DNA of 61,156 nucleotides, the filler included, from Sluysia triapertura (taxonomy: Eukaryota), in assembly GCA_046118255.1 (NCBI GenBank). It is 4 parts of 4 records of this genome, joined end to end, with 100 filler letters (N's around TTAATTAATTAA, not from the genome) between each part and the next. Parts side by side here need not be neighbours in the genome. Positions count along the whole stretch, not along the records: positions 49,306 to 61,156 come from JBJNIA010163815.1; 3 more parts are not named here. One strand, written 5' to 3'. The position numbers and the translations under genes are program-made. Positions within the stretch are counted from its first letter, which is position 1, and every line of letters starts with the position of its first letter. Below, piece after piece: positions 49,206 through 61,156 of the stretch. The notes under the pieces were generated by a model that saw only the letters and a program-made list of their open reading frames with translations, was not told the DNA's origin and did no database searches.

Positions 49206-49305
49206 NNNNNNNNNNNNNNNNNNNNNNNNNNNNNNNNNNNNNNNNNNNNTTAATTAATTAANNNNNNNNNNNNNNNNNNNNNNNNNNNNNNNNNNNNNNN
49301 NNNNN
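49206..49305. other. Assembly gap with six-frame-stop linker
   Basis: N44-TTAATTAATTAA-N44. Confidence 0.98.
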
Positions 49306-49607
49306 TGCATATTACCTTGTGCTTTTTAACGAAAACGTGACATCATGTCATATTTATTGAAAAGTCAAAAATAAATTTCTTACAACGTACAAGCACAAAT
49401 TTACAAACATATAATTTAAAATATTGTAACATTAAATTTAAGGCGTTTAAAAAAATTAGATGTAAAACTATAAAATGCGGTGTTAATTTATTATAAATAA
49501 ATAATAATGAAATAGTAATTGTTATAAAATTAACTTAAATTAATAAAAAGTTATTTATAAATTATCATTAAATTAAAAATTATTTTTAAATTAAATTTAT
49601 AGTATAA

Positions 49608-49609
49608 AA

Positions 49610-49682
<73 letters not shown>
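49608..49682. repeat. Head-to-head (AAT)n(ATT)n microsatellite
   Basis: An AAT run switches directly to an ATT run. Confidence 0.95.
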
Positions 49683-52180
49683 TCAATATTATTTTTATCT
49701 TGATCAATACGTATTCGTTAAAATTTACTTTAGACTATCTTTCAAAGTTGATATTTACTTACCTTTTTTAATTTATTCTAACTTATTTTAATAAATTTTT
49801 GTTTCATATTAATTATATTTTTTAAATAAAGTGGATTTCCAATTGTTATTAAAATTGAAATACTGTTACAATGTTTCAACAGTTCAACAATTTTGTAATA
49901 CTTACTTACAAAATTACTTAACGGTTCATGTTATAATCCACGCCTAATGAAATAAAATTTGGCGTTTCTACAATGTATCTAAAAATGTGTTTATTCAATT
50001 CACAAATTAATCTTAGAATAAACTAAATTAATATTGGAAGTATAAATGATGAAATTGTAATTTTTGTAGTTTTTAACAAATGATTTTTAGTGTTAATTAA
50101 TTCTTCATCATAAGTATTATAATATTTATGTCTTTATAAACAAATCCGTCAAAGGTAATACATTAAAAATAAATATACAGTAAAAATAAATATAAACATA
50201 ACATAAGTAAAAAAAAACAATGTTAAAATTAAATCTTTTGATAGATATTTGGATTTATTAATTCATCGAAAAATGAAAATTTTATAAATATGATTTTGTA
50301 TCCATTTTATATCCAATAAGTGAATAAAACTAGATACAAGTCTATAATATTTTATTTTATTAATTGATACAATTACTATTCCGAAATCGTATATTAAAAT
50401 TTATGATCTTTCAAAACCCTTTGTTAAAATTAATTTTTGTCCAATGTGAAAATTCTGGCAAAGCTAATGCGTAATGATATTGCTGTATCTGAAATCAGAA
50501 TTAACATTCTTCAATATTTATTTCCAATAAATCAACAACACTTATTAAACTATTAATTTTAATAATATTTTGATTGGCATTTCTACTGCTTAAACGTATC
50601 TATAATAAATTTTAATATTAGTTCTCCTGTAGAAATGTTACTTCGATTTCGTTGTAGTATATGACAAACACTTGATTAATATTATGTTCATGAATACAAA
50701 GTTAAATGAAAACTACGACTTTCTATTAATAAATTATCTTACACAGCTAAACATTAAATTGTGAACTCTATGGGTAAATCATAAAAGTTTAATTAGTAAT
50801 AAATTATGCATTTTGATAATAGAGAAATAATATCAATTAAAACAAACATGTTGAAATATAATGTTCGTTTTGTAAAGTATTAAAATATATTTTTGTTACT
50901 AAATTATCTAAATAAATTGTTTTGTTTTTATGCGTCGTTTTTAATATTTGTAGATATAAATTTAATTTAATACATACTGTTTTCATTAATATATGCTGTA
51001 TATAAATAATGCAATATGTTAAATCCAAATTTAAACATTTGTAAGAGTAAAGTTATGCAACAAAAATTTGGTAGATTATATTAACTTTAAAATTTATTTA
51101 CTATTATAAAAATAAATATTGCATAAGTTTTATATCTAAAACTTGTCAGTTATAGTAATAAAAAATTGTTTATAATGAAAATAAATTTTTAGACTGTTTT
51201 CAGTAGCAATTAGCGTTCCGTACTTTCAATAATTTTTATTTTTATGCATTATTTTTAATTAAATTTCACATCGTTTGTATAAAGCATGCATAATAAAATA
51301 ATTCTTCCGTCATAAATCGATGGTTACTATAGTAGTAATAATAATTGTAATTGTACTTTGTAATTTTCTTTATTATATTTCTAACATTAAAGCCAAATGT
51401 AAGCATTAATATATTCTTGAGAATGTGATTTTAAAATATGTAGTTTGTTTAATTATTATTTTTTGAAATTGCTTTTCAAAGAAAACTTTACTGCATAAAA
51501 ATGTTTATTGAAAAATATTAAATATATAAAATAGCAAACTGGATATTTTACATAAACAAAAGCATTATATTTTTAGAATTAATCTTAAATTATAAAAACA
51601 TCTATTATCTTAAATTAAAATTAATATTATAATACAGGGCACTAATATCTATTGTAAATTAAGTTTTTCAATAATTTTTAAATAAAATTAAAGGAAAGAA
51701 AATTAAAATAGAATGTAAGAAACTTGATATGATTAAGAATCTAACACCAGAAAAATGAAAAAATCTAATGCTAACAAAGGTAAGTTAACGTCACTCTTAT
51801 TATATACCATTGGTAATAATATATCATTGATCATTATAAAATTTAATGTTTATTTATTTTTTAGATGAGTTATTGTTTTTTGTTTATTTTAATTAATTTA
51901 TGAATATTATTCAAATTGATCTTTGATTATTTTAATTATATTTAATAGTTGTAATCCTAGATTTCATAATCTCAAATTAATAATATGTTTACCTTATACA
52001 AACATTAATACATATAAATAGCTTAAACAATACATCGCTGAGACAATTGGTCATTGTATCATCATTGTTTGGTGGATATTTCATTTAACAAACTATGAAA
52101 ATTTAAAACAACAGTAAATTTAGAACATTAATATTTAAAACTATTTTTAATAATTCTACAAACATTTTTACACATAAAAA

Positions 52181-53560
52181 ATGAAAAGACAGTTAAATTT
52201 ATTAAATTTCTAAAGAAGAAGGAAAAAGATACTACTGCAGTTGATAATGAGGCTAAAGATAATACGCATATAAAATCATTTACCTAGAGCGAGAAACAAA
52301 CATCGTATTATAAAATACAATATGGTAAATTGGAATGTCGTGTTTACTCCGAATAGAAAAACTTGGATCTTGAAGGATACACTTATTAAAGGAATGGATA
52401 GAAATGAATCTGGAACCGAAAGGAAGCACGAAAGACTCAAGAAGTGCGTATTTGCGCAAAAATGTTATCTAAGTATAACGAATCATTTTCCTATAATAAA
52501 GTTATAAAAACTACCGAAGAATGTAAGAAATCAATATTACCAAATTTAATTGATAAAGTAAATGCAAAAGAAATTTAGATAAATTCAAAAAAATTTAATT
52601 CAGTCTGATTTACCCGATTTAATAGAGTTTCAAATTAAAAATGACACTGATCTTGGATAATGGGTAAATTCTAGATTCAGAGGAATTACATTAATCGAAC
52701 ACATTTCAAAACAAATAAAATTAGAAATATTCTCTACAATAATAGAAAAAATTTCAAAATTGCTATTATAGTTGACGAATCAATAAAATTATCAAATTGA
52801 ACTGAACCATGTATGATTTTTCTCGATCTTGTAGAATTAAAAATTATCCTCGCCAAATGTATACACGATACCATAATTAATACTTTAAATACATATGGAT
52901 TTAAGATGAACTATTTGAAAAATCATCTCATTGCATTTTTGGTGATGGAGCAAGAGTCATTTTAGGAAACAAAATTAGGTGTTGCTATCAAGCTTCTCGT
53001 GATATATTTAAAGGATAAAATAATTCAGCAAAGAACTTTAAACTTCAAAGATGAAAATTATGAAGACTTGGAGGATGAGCAACTGAAAAACATATTAATG
53101 TATGTTATCCTTAAACATGGAATATGGAAGAAGTTACATGTATGGCCAGAATGAAAAAAAGAATTAAAACTTTGAATTTTATTTTGAAAAATGAAATTAA
53201 AATAAATGATTATAGAGATATAGTAAAAAAACGCACTCTGGAAAATTCCAAATCGAAATTCCCAACACCCTGAAAAAGCCAATGTCATTATGGAAACAAT
53301 CGCGGTTAGCAGCGCTGAAGCTGAACGAGCTTTTAGTTCGATGAATAATATCGTTAAATTGAAAATATCTTCTCTCACTGTTAAACACGTTTCGGATTTT
53401 ATGACGATCTGCTTAAATGGGAAATCTTTGGAAGAAATTAATCCTAATCCGGAAGTTAAATCTTTTTTGAAAAATCATCACTTGGCTCTGGATAAATCTA
53501 AAAGATCATAAGACACGGAGCAGGAAGGAAATATATTATGCCAGCTTCTGGCATAAGTTG
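52181..53560 (+). mobile_element. Decayed hAT transposase (KIAA1586/ZNF862-like)
   Basis: Fragments IIVDES, FLDLVEL, GDGARVILG and GVAIKL, plus the dimerisation region TIAVSSAEAERAFSSMN...SL...VSDFM.I.LNG. TIRs not identified. Confidence 0.88.
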
Positions 53561-54351
53561 TAAATATTTACTTCTAGTAGTACTTTTAGTTATTTTTTAC
53601 AAATGACATATTTTTAATTTTATTATATTGTATTGTTTGTTCTGTTTCTTTTTTTGTATAAAATAAACCATTTAATTAACATTATTTTGTTTTTTTTTGT
53701 CAGTGACACATTGCTAGAGTACTAGTTTACACGATTCTCGAGAAAAAATGAGCGAGCTCATAACTACCTTTACGGTAAACCGTCAAGTTGTCTATTGATT
53801 AAATTACTAATAAGCTAAGATTAAAATATATGTGCATTAGTTTTCTATTAGTACATGAATTTACATTAACGACAGTACTCTTGTAGAATAAATTCACAAA
53901 CAGTGTGCTTTTCCAAATGTTTTATTTGTTTCCGAACTCTAAAAGTATTAGGTAGTAGCAATATCATGAAAGCATTCTTTTCACTTTCTTGTCAATTATT
54001 ATTTCTGTGATGGTTTAATGTGGTTTACTTTATTGTGATCAATTAATAATATTATGTTAAAAATATTTGTTATTGAAATTTCATTTATTGTATTAAAAAT
54101 GTTATTAAGGTATGAAGTTGAGAAACGAGATTAAATTTCATTATTAACTTAATTAAAAAATGTTTTAAACTTGTTTAAATAAAATATTAACTCAAAGGAC
54201 TAAATTTATATATATTAATTAAGCTATAAGTTTTCATATTGATACCGATTATCTCCCGAATAATATGCCATTTATAACGTGTACATGTTTCACTAAATAA
54301 ATAAAAACCTAGGGTTAATTTATGATTAGTCAAATAATATTGAAAATTTAC

Positions 54352-55479
54352 TTATATGTTGTCTGGTACTACGTGATTAGATTGGAGATTTATGTGATTG
54401 TTATTGGACACGTTGAGCTCTTTCATACAAGGATATTGCACTGAAGAAGTAATTAAAGTTAATAACATGTTGCCTATCCTGTTGCGATGTCCGATGGCGT
54501 CCAATGGTATCTGCTGGGTTATTTCCAAACACTTTAAGCTCATCAACTGAATGATAATAGTTTCATCTTCAGACATACCTTGAACATTCTCCGATTTGTG
54601 TGGTTGTTGTTGTCTGCTAAAGTGGGCATCTTGTGTATTGAGATTTGTTGCCAAAATACGGTCTCTTGAAACGACTAATTTTGAATTCTTGTTTAAAGTT
54701 TTTGAACTTGGCGAGTGTACTTTATTTGTCATGACAAACAAATCGACATCTACTAATATGTGTAACGGTAGATATAGATTAATAGACATCAGTATAATTC
54801 GGTTCTCAATTGTTATTGTTAATCTATCGATACTTTCATCTAGCTTTGTTAATCTGTATTTCATCATATAAGATTCATTCAATATGAACATTACTTTTAA
54901 TTGAGAGATAAAGGTTGGTGCAGTTAAACTTTTAAAACTAATGTTTTGTTCGGGTATTAAATTGATAGAATTCATTTCTTTATCATCTGATGAAATTTTA
55001 TCATTCATCAATGTTACGCACAATCCGTAAGACATACTATGTTTAGCACGATTATTTATTGAATCATTGCTTAGCATTTTAAAACTTAGAAATACCAGAC
55101 TTCTAAACTTGGATCCATCATATTTTATTTGCTTGTTTATTTGAAAGTCGAGTAAATTAATTCTATTGACATAATTGCATTACAGATATAATGAAGAATT
55201 TTCAGATAAACTAAACAGATTGCTTCACTTTTACGAACAATAGAAGCACCTTTTGCTTGAACGTAATTACAATCTAAACGCTTTTCCAGTAAAATTTCTT
55301 CAACGATTGATTTCGAACATTTTGATAAATACAATGAATTTGATCTTAATTTTATGTGGTAGCAAGGGACTAACCCTTCTTTTTGGTTATAGACAGTTCT
55401 ATACCAATGTGGATAGTGTAAAATCATCACTATCTATTTGGACAAAATCGTGCAATGCATCAGCTTCCGTTTTCAGCAT
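54352..55479 (-). pseudogene. Decayed intronless orphan gene
   Basis: From the ATG at 55479, frameshift-linked pieces run through ORFs 55137-55430 and 54352-55077. KYDGSKF...LSFKN resembles the 37.5-kb motif. Confidence 0.5.
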
Positions 55480-56761
55480 CAATTAAATAAATTATTAACT
55501 TCTCTTTTTTATCAATAACAGAATATTATATGTGAATTTTTTGTGATCGTCAATATTAAATTAAATTAAATTTATATAAAAAATAAAATTGATATACTGT
55601 GAGAAAAGTAAACGTAAAGCTATAGAATAAAACTTAACTTAAGTGAGTCCTGGACTTACCAGCTAGGGCCAGCCGTTGTGACGTTGACTAAAATAGAAAA
55701 ACTTCTCTATTATATTTTAAAAAGCTTCTGGATGTTAATTTGAAAAGGTTTTAAATTATATTTTCAATTAATATTTTGCGATGATCCTATGAAAAGTATC
55801 GTTAAAAATTATTTTATGAAATTGGAATTAAATGAAATTCTAAAAAGCTATCTTAATAGTGCAAATTTTATAGTTAAAACTATTTAAAATGAAAAATCGT
55901 AATAGTTGACGATATAATAGTTACAAATATAATAGTTACAGTCGAAAGAAATGATAATAAATAAAAAGTTACTTTAGAATTAAAAATAATTCTAATCTTG
56001 ATATGATTTTAATAATTGAGTTTGCGTTGATATAACAAATGATCAAGAAATAATATTAGTTGATTTTTCCTGTATTTTACGTGGTATCACAATGATACCA
56101 ACCTTACACAAATAAACTAACGTTTAAAAATCAAAAACTGTTCAAGGATTCTGTGTCACTTTAACACTGTTCGTAGATAATTTTTTATTATCTTTAATTG
56201 TATTTAATTATGTTTAATTATGAATTGTGTTTTTTAAATGAATTATGTTAGGTATTTATATAAAATTTTTTACGTTCTTGAGCAGTTTTATGATTTCAAA
56301 CAAAATTTGAAAAATGCAACTATATTAATTTTTAAAATTAATATTTTTAACAATATTTACAAAAGTTTAAAAATAAATATTTAAAATATTTACAAAAAAT
56401 AAAACATACTTTAAAAATAAAAATCCTTTAATCAATAATAATAATTTAAATGATTCAAAAAATGAATATAATATAATAATTTACAAAATAGTCAATAAAG
56501 TCAATAGTTTGATTATATTTTCACACAATTTGCACCGACAGTTCAAACACACAGTTCGCAACCGCAAAGTTCATATATTACAATATTAAACACTTATAAT
56601 AATGGATTGTTACACAATTAAAATTACACTTCAACTAAACATTACAATTTAATAACAAATCAAAATTATTTTTGTGAGTTATTTTTTGCGCCCTTGTAAG
56701 TCTTGTGGTTAATTTTATTTTTAAACTGATATGGTTACAAGAAATTAATTTCAGCTAGAAT

Positions 56762-56826
56762 CTGTCATCGGTAGAAATAGACATGAATATTACGTTATTT
56801 TTAATTCATCTGTCTATCGATGACAG
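56762..56826 (+). ncRNA. Putative hairpin, third family member
   Basis: CTGTCATCGGTAGA / TCTATCGATGACAG 14-bp stem with one G-U on the + strand and an inner ATGAAT/ATTCAT stem. The AATATTACGT at the inner stem/loop resembles AATATTAACGT of the 15.1-kb hairpin. Confidence 0.4.
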
Positions 56827-57049
56827 GAAATGGATTAAAATTAGTTGCTGACTGCTAAAATGGTTTATAATTAAATGATGATAACAGTAATATCAAAAAA
56901 TGATAATTATAATAGTAATAATTACTATAATTAAAAAAATTAATTCTTTGTCATGTTCTAATAACAAGATCTTGCTTATATTTTATTTTTTCATTTCTCA
57001 ACATAATTGAAATTCTTAAACTCAATGATTGTAAATGTCTAAGAGGCTA

Positions 57050-57815
57050 AATGTTTGGGATATTATAAACTTATTATGTTATAAATTAATGTGACGCATT
57101 TTCAATAAATTAAGGTGTAATTTTAATTCTAATATTATAAGATAGTGAGTAAATGTTTTGAAAGAATTTTTACACGTACCTTAATGTTTTTGAATGAAAG
57201 TATAATTTGGATGTTGAAAATTGTGACTTAAAAATGTAGTGAATAAAATTTAATGTGTATTAATGGTTTTGAATGCCATTATGGTTTGGATGTTAACAGA
57301 TTGTAGTGTTTGGTATAAGAAAATGTTTTTAGCGGATCTGAACGAAATAAAGTAGAGCAACGGTTTTGATACATTCTAAAGGTAGTTGTAAGATGTTAAC
57401 AGATGTGACTATGGTTATGTTGTTATGGAACTATGGGTAAAATGTTTTTAATGAATTTTTAAATGTTTGTTATTAATCTGAAAGTGAATGTAATTTTAAT
57501 ATTATAAAGTATGAAATAGAAATGTTTTAAGTCGAGTAGGATAAGGTTTTAGTGGAAGTAAAGAAAATAAAATATGAAAGGGATTAGATGCAAGAATAGT
57601 TAAAATGTTATGAAATATGATTTTATGTGAAGTGTGTTGAATCAAGTTTAGAATATTTTGAATTAATTTTTTAAGTAAATCTTTGATAATTTGATGTTAT
57701 AAAATTTTATGTTTAGAATATTTGGAAGTATTAAGAATAATGAGATGTTCTGAAAGGTGATTTTGTTGTGTATTATTGAAATGAAACTCTAAGGTATTGG
57801 GTTGGTTACCACAAT
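57050..57815 (-). repeat. Dispersed repeat homologous to 15430-15770
   Basis: See 15430-15770. Confidence 0.6.
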
Positions 57816-58222
57816 TTCCACCTTGGCCGACGATGCGACAAACAATGCCTAAATATGTTGTATTCCATAAAAGACTTTGTAAGAAGTTGTGAGTAATACC
57901 ACTAACCTCTGTAAATAACGCAAGGTTCACTTGTAATTAAAAATCGCATTAATAATCTAATATGGGCATTAGACCAACATTTAACTTTCCAGTGAATTTA
58001 ACTAAGTCAGAGAAACGCTACCGCCGCATGTGCCAGTTTAATTACTATAATAAATCAATAAGTTCCTCTCATACAGGTCTAGTTCAGCATATTAAACTCT
58101 TCTTAAAAAGAAAAACTTATAAAATTTCAAAAATATTATTCAAAATCATTTATTAATTATAAAAAGTCACGAATTTAATAATTGGTTTGTTATTTTTTTA
58201 TTTCTTCATTTTACTATTTAGT

Positions 58223-58876
58223 ATGACTCAACAAATTAACGATCGAATTGTGGACAAAGTTAAGGTATTTGCTAGGCATTAGTCTCATCTCCGTATTTTG
58301 CAAATTTCTCGATTACTTCCCGAAGCCTATCATGGCCACTCATATTTTTTAGTTTTCTGCTTTTTCATAGAAGACTGGCTTATATTCTCGCCGAGTATGA
58401 TGATCTCTATATTGAGGAAAAATTTCCAACTATTTTCTTTTCCTTCTACCTGATTTTTTATCTAACATGTATGAATATGACGATGTTAACCTATTAAGGT
58501 GGAACAACTGCACGTCTGTAACCCATATGTTTCATTTACCCGTCTTTGATGAAGATAAATTACTATAGAGAATTATACCTTCGATTGCGAATCACATGGG
58601 AGTTATTCCGTACAAGTGATAGCACCATTTTGTTTCTAAGTTAAGGAAAAGACATCCTCGAGTTCCTTATGAAGGCCAGGTAAGAACGTTACATTTGCAG
58701 ACACTCTATGATAAACGATTCGTTTCAGTGTAACCATTATGAATCTCTTTAGTTTGTTAAAGGGCATGATTAATATAATTAACCATAATCTACTTTTCTC
58801 AACATCGTTCCATAAGCAGCAAACCATAAAACTACTATATTCCTCTCTCCAGAAATTTGAGTGCTTCCAGTTATAG
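58223..58876 (+). pseudogene. Decayed intronless gene of unknown family
   Basis: GC-elevated, coding-like sequence from an ATG (MTQQINDRIVDKVKVFARH*...SKLRKRHPRVPYEGQVRTLHLQTLYDKRF...) with stops and frameshifts. Confidence 0.4.
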
Positions 58877-59306
58877 TTTATTAAAATAATTATTTATATT
58901 ACATAAAAATTAATTAAGAAATTAAAATAATTTTATAAGACAATTTAAGAATAATAAAAGTTTTTTTTAATTAGGAAAAAATTAAAATAAAGATTTTAAA
59001 TAAAATATATTAAGAATTTTAATAAAGATAATAAATTTTATTAAAGTTTTTGTTTTAAATCATAATTTCAAAATTTTGTTTACGTGTATTAATTGTAAAT
59101 AAAGTAGGTTTTTTAATATGGATGCTCTAAATTTAATATAAATTTATGCAAGTAATTTATAAATTTTAAAAAGTGAATTGTTTAGCAATTAAAAATTTAA
59201 GAAAATTTTTCAGATAAAGTTATGCCAATGATGTCAAATTTCTTGATCAAGTAATTTTTTAATTTATAAGTTGCAAGTATTCATCTTAAATTTACTTATT
59301 TTTTAT

Positions 59307-59690
59307 GCAAGACCATAAAAGGACTTGTGAAATCTAACTTTAAAATACCAAAGCCACCAACTGAGGTTGAGTGAGCGTTTAAAATTGTTATATTTATTAT
59401 AGTTTTATTTAAGTTCTTCTATATAAGTTTATTTTATTTAAGTTCTTTTGTATAAATTTTCATAACATACTTTAAGAGAATTCCTTTAGTTTTTATTAAT
59501 TTAAAATCTTTTTTGCCACTAGACCTTAATAGGTCTAGTGTATTTTCTAAAATATTATAATCTTTTTTGATCTACACTTTAAAAATGGTAGATAAATTTA
59601 TTAAATTTTTAAAATACTTGTTGAGCAAGACCTTAAAAAGGCTTGCGTAATTTATAATTTTTGACAAACTAGACCTTAAAAAGGCTAGCA
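59307..59690. repeat. Four irregularly spaced copies of a ~22-nt palindromic motif
   Basis: GCAAGACCATAAAAGGACTTG (59307), CACTAGACCTTAATAGGTCTAGTG (59517), GCAAGACCTTAAAAAGGCTTGC (59625), CTAGACCTTAAAAAGGCTAG (59669). Confidence 0.85.
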
Positions 59691-60789
59691 CAAGTATATA
59701 AAATATGAAGTAATTAATTGTAAAGTATTCTTAAGTTCGATTGATCTTAAGTGTTGATTATACGTTAAGTAGCATATACTTTAAGTTTTTTTATTAGTAT
59801 AAATCCTAATAGCACGTCTCCAGCATTGGCATAAATCGTGTATATTGGGCGAATCGACCGTCAGGTATTTTGTAGGTAAGTTCAGTTTTCAGATAAAACA
59901 CATGTACTACCAATATCATGAATGCTGCAACAGTTACTCAATGTATCTTAAATAGAGCGGCTTCCGATCGATTTTCAGTATTCTTGTTGCGTCTTTATTT
60001 AAAATTATTAACAATACCTAAATGATTAAATTAGCTCAAAATTTCGATATTTTTTCCGTAATCGTAAAATGGGTAAAAATTATTGATTATTCTTTAATTG
60101 CGATAAACTCTCAATGTTCACAGAATAACTACAGATTCTAATTATAAATTAAAGTCTTTACCAATTCAATTAACAAGTACAATACGGTGGGGTCTTAATC
60201 CAATAATCCAATATTAATTTAATTCACTTAAATAAAATCTCAAATGATTTTAATATTTCTTAGATCAAATATAACGTATACCAAATTTTCTTATTTTAAT
60301 AGTTATATTTGTACAATATCAAAAGTTTTGTTTTTATTTTCAAATTAATAACAATAACTCAATACTAAAATAACTACAAAAAAATCAAATACAATAATAT
60401 GAGTAAATCAACTATAAATGAATACATGTCAAAATTAGCAATAGTTTTGTTTTTTAACGATATTAAGTACGCAATATTCTTTAAAAAAACCAGAAATGAA
60501 GCAAAAAAATTTAAATATCAATATCTAAAAAGCTGAAAATAACAATAATAATTATACATTTTCGAACAACCTTATTCTATATTGATAACAGAAAAGTTAC
60601 AAAATAATCTGGACAGAGCCCCAAAAAATCAATTTATCAATTACTTATAAAAAATTTGAAATTGAAATTAAGATAAAAATTAAAAATATAATACTTCAAA
60701 ATAATTCAAGCAGGGAGCCTCCCAAAAAATCATGCATGAAAAAATGCAAAGATATATACGTAATAATATAAAATATGCAATGAAACAAA

Positions 60790-61080
60790 AAGAAAGTTAA
60801 AAGGTAAGATAGAGTAATTTTGACAACAATAAAAATTATGATAAAAATTAAAAAAATGAAGTTTAAATTGAATTATGACATAGTTTAACGTGATAATGTT
60901 GATGGAGTTACGATGATATGAGATTACTATGAAAGTTATTATTGTGAGAGAGGTTATGATAACAATAAATATAACTAATTATAATTATGTACAATTAATA
61001 TGTTTGTTTTTTGAATGACTCAAGTAGTTTATTTAGTGGTTTATTTATGTAAGAAATGTTCATATGTAATGAATTGTGTT
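60790..61080. repeat. Dispersed repeat (copy of 23390-23640)
   Basis: See 23390-23640. Confidence 0.75.
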
Positions 61081-61156
61081 TGTAATTTTGATGTAAAGAT
61101 GTGTATTTACATACATTTATTAATGTCGATTCTTTTTTCATGATCAGAGACTTTTG

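Noticed and set aside
59307-59690. CRISPR array
   Set aside because: Eukaryotic context, degenerate repeats, very unequal spacers and no cas genes. Kept only as a palindromic motif array.

Overview
Very AT-rich eukaryotic (metazoan) genomic DNA made of four contigs joined by artificial 100-nt spacers (N44-TTAATTAATTAA-N44). Putative introns of ~35 nt suggest a compact invertebrate genome; an orthonectid such as Intoshia is only a guess. The window is mostly decayed transposons: two copies of a Ty3/Gypsy LTR retrotransposon with a CHCC-type Gag, an RLE-type non-LTR fragment, Tigger/pogo, Tc2-like, mariner, piggyBac and hAT remnants. Between them lie isolated host exons or pseudogenes: an RBM15/spenito SPOC domain, a DEG/ENaC channel, an ELAPOR/KIAA1324 tail, a 3.1-kb titin-like Ig exon and a METTL24-like last exon. 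Several intronless orphan genes also occur, one with a stand-alone KDM1B/LSD2-type zinc finger plus CW domain. Two candidate novel systems stand out. (1) The Gypsy element has a very long low-complexity coding region upstream of Gag in which PP1-docking motifs (SILK, then the RVxF-type KHVQW) are conserved between diverged copies through synonymous changes. (2) A module recurs at least twice, probably three times: an intronless orphan gene, a palindromic CCAAT pair, and a homologous G-U-containing hairpin pointing away from the gene. All family assignments come from recognising motifs by eye, not from database searches.
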